The notes below the pieces were generated by a model, which searched no databases, was not told the DNA's origin, and was given only the letters and a program-made list of their open reading frames with translations. A DNA stretch of 50,127 nt. Source: Pseudomonadota bacterium. Its GTDB lineage: Bacteria; Pseudomonadota; Gammaproteobacteria; Pseudomonadales; JAHEIH01. Position 1 is the stretch's first letter, and each line of letters opens with the position of its first letter. The DNA lies in NCBI GenBank assembly GCA_041163785.1, contig JBEAQQ010000121.1, positions 1 through 50,127 of the forward strand, written 5' to 3'. Of the stretch, positions 49,190-50,127 are shown one piece after another. Both the position numbers and the translations under genes were made by a program.

Positions 49190-49549
49190 TTAAGCGCCCG
49201 TACCCGCAGTGGTTACGGAGCAAGTGCCGCTTTCAACACTGCATTCGATCGTACCGCCAGCTCCAGAAGTAACTGTAAAGCCTGTTGTACCTGATGCAGT
49301 GAAAGAGCTGCAAGAGCTAAAATAAGTTCCGCTGTCAGCAGTTGCATCGGCAAAAGCTTCATCCAGTGCAAGATCTGCCGTGACTCTTTTTGCGTAAGCG
49401 GCGCCTTCAGCTAGGCATGCGTTATCTTTACTGGAATTTAGGTAGTTAGTGTATGCCGGCAAGGCCACGGCGGCCAAAATACCAATGATCGCCACAACGA
49501 TCATTAATTCGATTAGGGTAAAACCTTGTTGTTTTTTGTTTGTACGCAT
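49190..49549 (-). CDS. pilA: Type IVa major pilin
   Basis: It has the prepilin leader MRTNKKQQG|[24 protein letters not shown] (Gly-1, Phe+1, Glu+5) and a GGTGAG RBS. The C-terminal half is rich in Ser, Thr and Gly, with 4 Cys. Confidence 0.88.
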   Translation of the reverse strand: MRTNKKQQGFTLIELMIVVAIIGILAAVALPAYTNYLNSSKDNACLAEGAAYAKRVTADLALDEAFADATADSGTYFSSCSSFTASGTTGFTVTSGAGGTIECSVESGTCSVTTAGTGA

Positions 49550-49635
49550 GATTACTCACCTCGTGTTTTAAAAAATGCGCCTCGGGGACTGTTGTGTGAT
49601 GTCAGCCCTAATGCCGGCGCCACTGAGATAAACGT

Positions 49636-49651
49636 AGCAAAGGTTTGGCCA
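49636..49651 (-). promoter_or_regulatory. Candidate sigma-54 (-24/-12) promoter of pilA
   Basis: The minus strand reads TGGCCAAACCTTTGCT, with GG and GC at the canonical TGGCAC-N5-TTGC spacing. It lies about 90-100 nt upstream of the pilA ATG. Confidence 0.5.
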
Positions 49652-49828
49652 GTCTGCTGTGCAAATGTATTTTTTGCTGATTTGTGTGGGGTTTTGTGGC
49701 CTGTTACACAATTGTCATGTGATGTAGGTCACAAAATTTATCTAAGAGTAGGTTGGCGTTATGCCTTTTGGTTTGGTTGTGGGGTTTCGGTCGGCGTTTG
49801 ATCACGCGAAGGCGAGTAGCTATTTGGG

Positions 49829-49857
49829 CACAATGTGACAATTTTTGTCACATTGTG
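49829..49857. promoter_or_regulatory. Perfect 13-3-13 palindrome carrying GTCACA/TGTGAC motifs (candidate enhancer-binding-protein site upstream of pilA)
   Basis: The sequence is CACAATGTGACAA-ttt-TTGTCACATTGTG. Additional copies of the hexamer occur at 49728-49733 and 49854-49859. Confidence 0.4.
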
Positions 49858-49907
49858 ACGACTTGAGTGCTGCTTTTGTTGAAATGCTTCGCAATACCCC
49901 CCTGTGG

Positions 49908-50114
49908 GATGCGATAGCGCAGCTATCGTATCTTGAGACGGCTTTGGCGATGTCGGCTAGTTGTTGCGATTGCTTCGCAATGCAACGCACAAGGGGCGAA
50001 CTTATGAAAAAGTTCAGCTAAGTTTCTAAGCGTGACGAGCGAAGGTAGAGCGAGGCGAGCGGTCTAGGCAAATAGCGGAGTGTACAAGGAGTACTCGAGG
50101 ATTTTGCCTAGGCC
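49908..50114. repeat. Cluster of extragenic hairpins (REP-like) at the window edge
   Basis: The hairpins are GATGCGATAGC-gca-GCTATCGTATC (49908-49932), TTGCGATTGC-ttc-GCAATGCAA (49964-49985) and GGTCTAGGCAAA...TTTGCCTAGGCC (50061-50114). The GCTTCGCAAT core occurs twice (49886-49895 and 49972-49981). Confidence 0.35.
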
Positions 50115-50127
50115 GCATAACGAAGCT

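Overview
This 50.1-kb window looks like ordinary core chromosome of a moderately GC-rich gammaproteobacterium. The gene content and synteny resemble Pseudomonadales/Cellvibrionales: aceE-aceF, birA-coaX, parC-lpxL, and coaE-pilD-pilC-pilB-pilA. I can support about 43 protein-coding genes, nearly all recognisable by motif or by recalled alignment to well-known families. On the plus strand these include a ChoK-like kinase (5' partial), LysR, cytochrome b561-YceI, a CorA-like transporter, an SDR, nadA, a TusA-like protein, an AI-2E transporter, an M16 protease, aceEF, an LplT-PlsC-Aas fusion, DUF1653, a MetY/Z-like enzyme, birA, coaX, parC, lpxL, glgC-pgm-glgA, a TIGR01777 epimerase and blc. On the minus strand they include yqjG, pirin, bepA, cspA, an NMO-like flavoenzyme, phrB with a FAD oxidoreductase, a SYLF protein, a GH3 glucosidase with an MFS transporter, and coaE-pilDCBA. 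I found no rRNA, tRNA, CRISPR array, IS element, integrase, phage genes or recognisable defence genes, and no convincing multi-gene novel system. The most interesting unexplained piece is a visibly AT-richer 0.8-kb insert between lpxL and glgC (about 29.58-30.38 kb). It holds two convergent, stop-overlapping orphan small ORFs. One sits behind a textbook promoter flanked by two LexA (SOS) boxes, and the other is immediately preceded by a 36-bp AT-rich palindrome. Secondary points are a 53-bp nested palindrome in the divergent promoter region of the photolyase cluster, and a sigma-54-type promoter with repeated GTCACA/TGTGAC palindromes upstream of pilA. Others are a REP-like hairpin cluster at the right edge, a tripartite LplT-acyltransferase-acyl-ACP-synthetase fusion translationally coupled to a DUF1653 gene, and several unannotated small membrane or acidic ORFs. 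All functional calls come from reading the translations. No database search was run.
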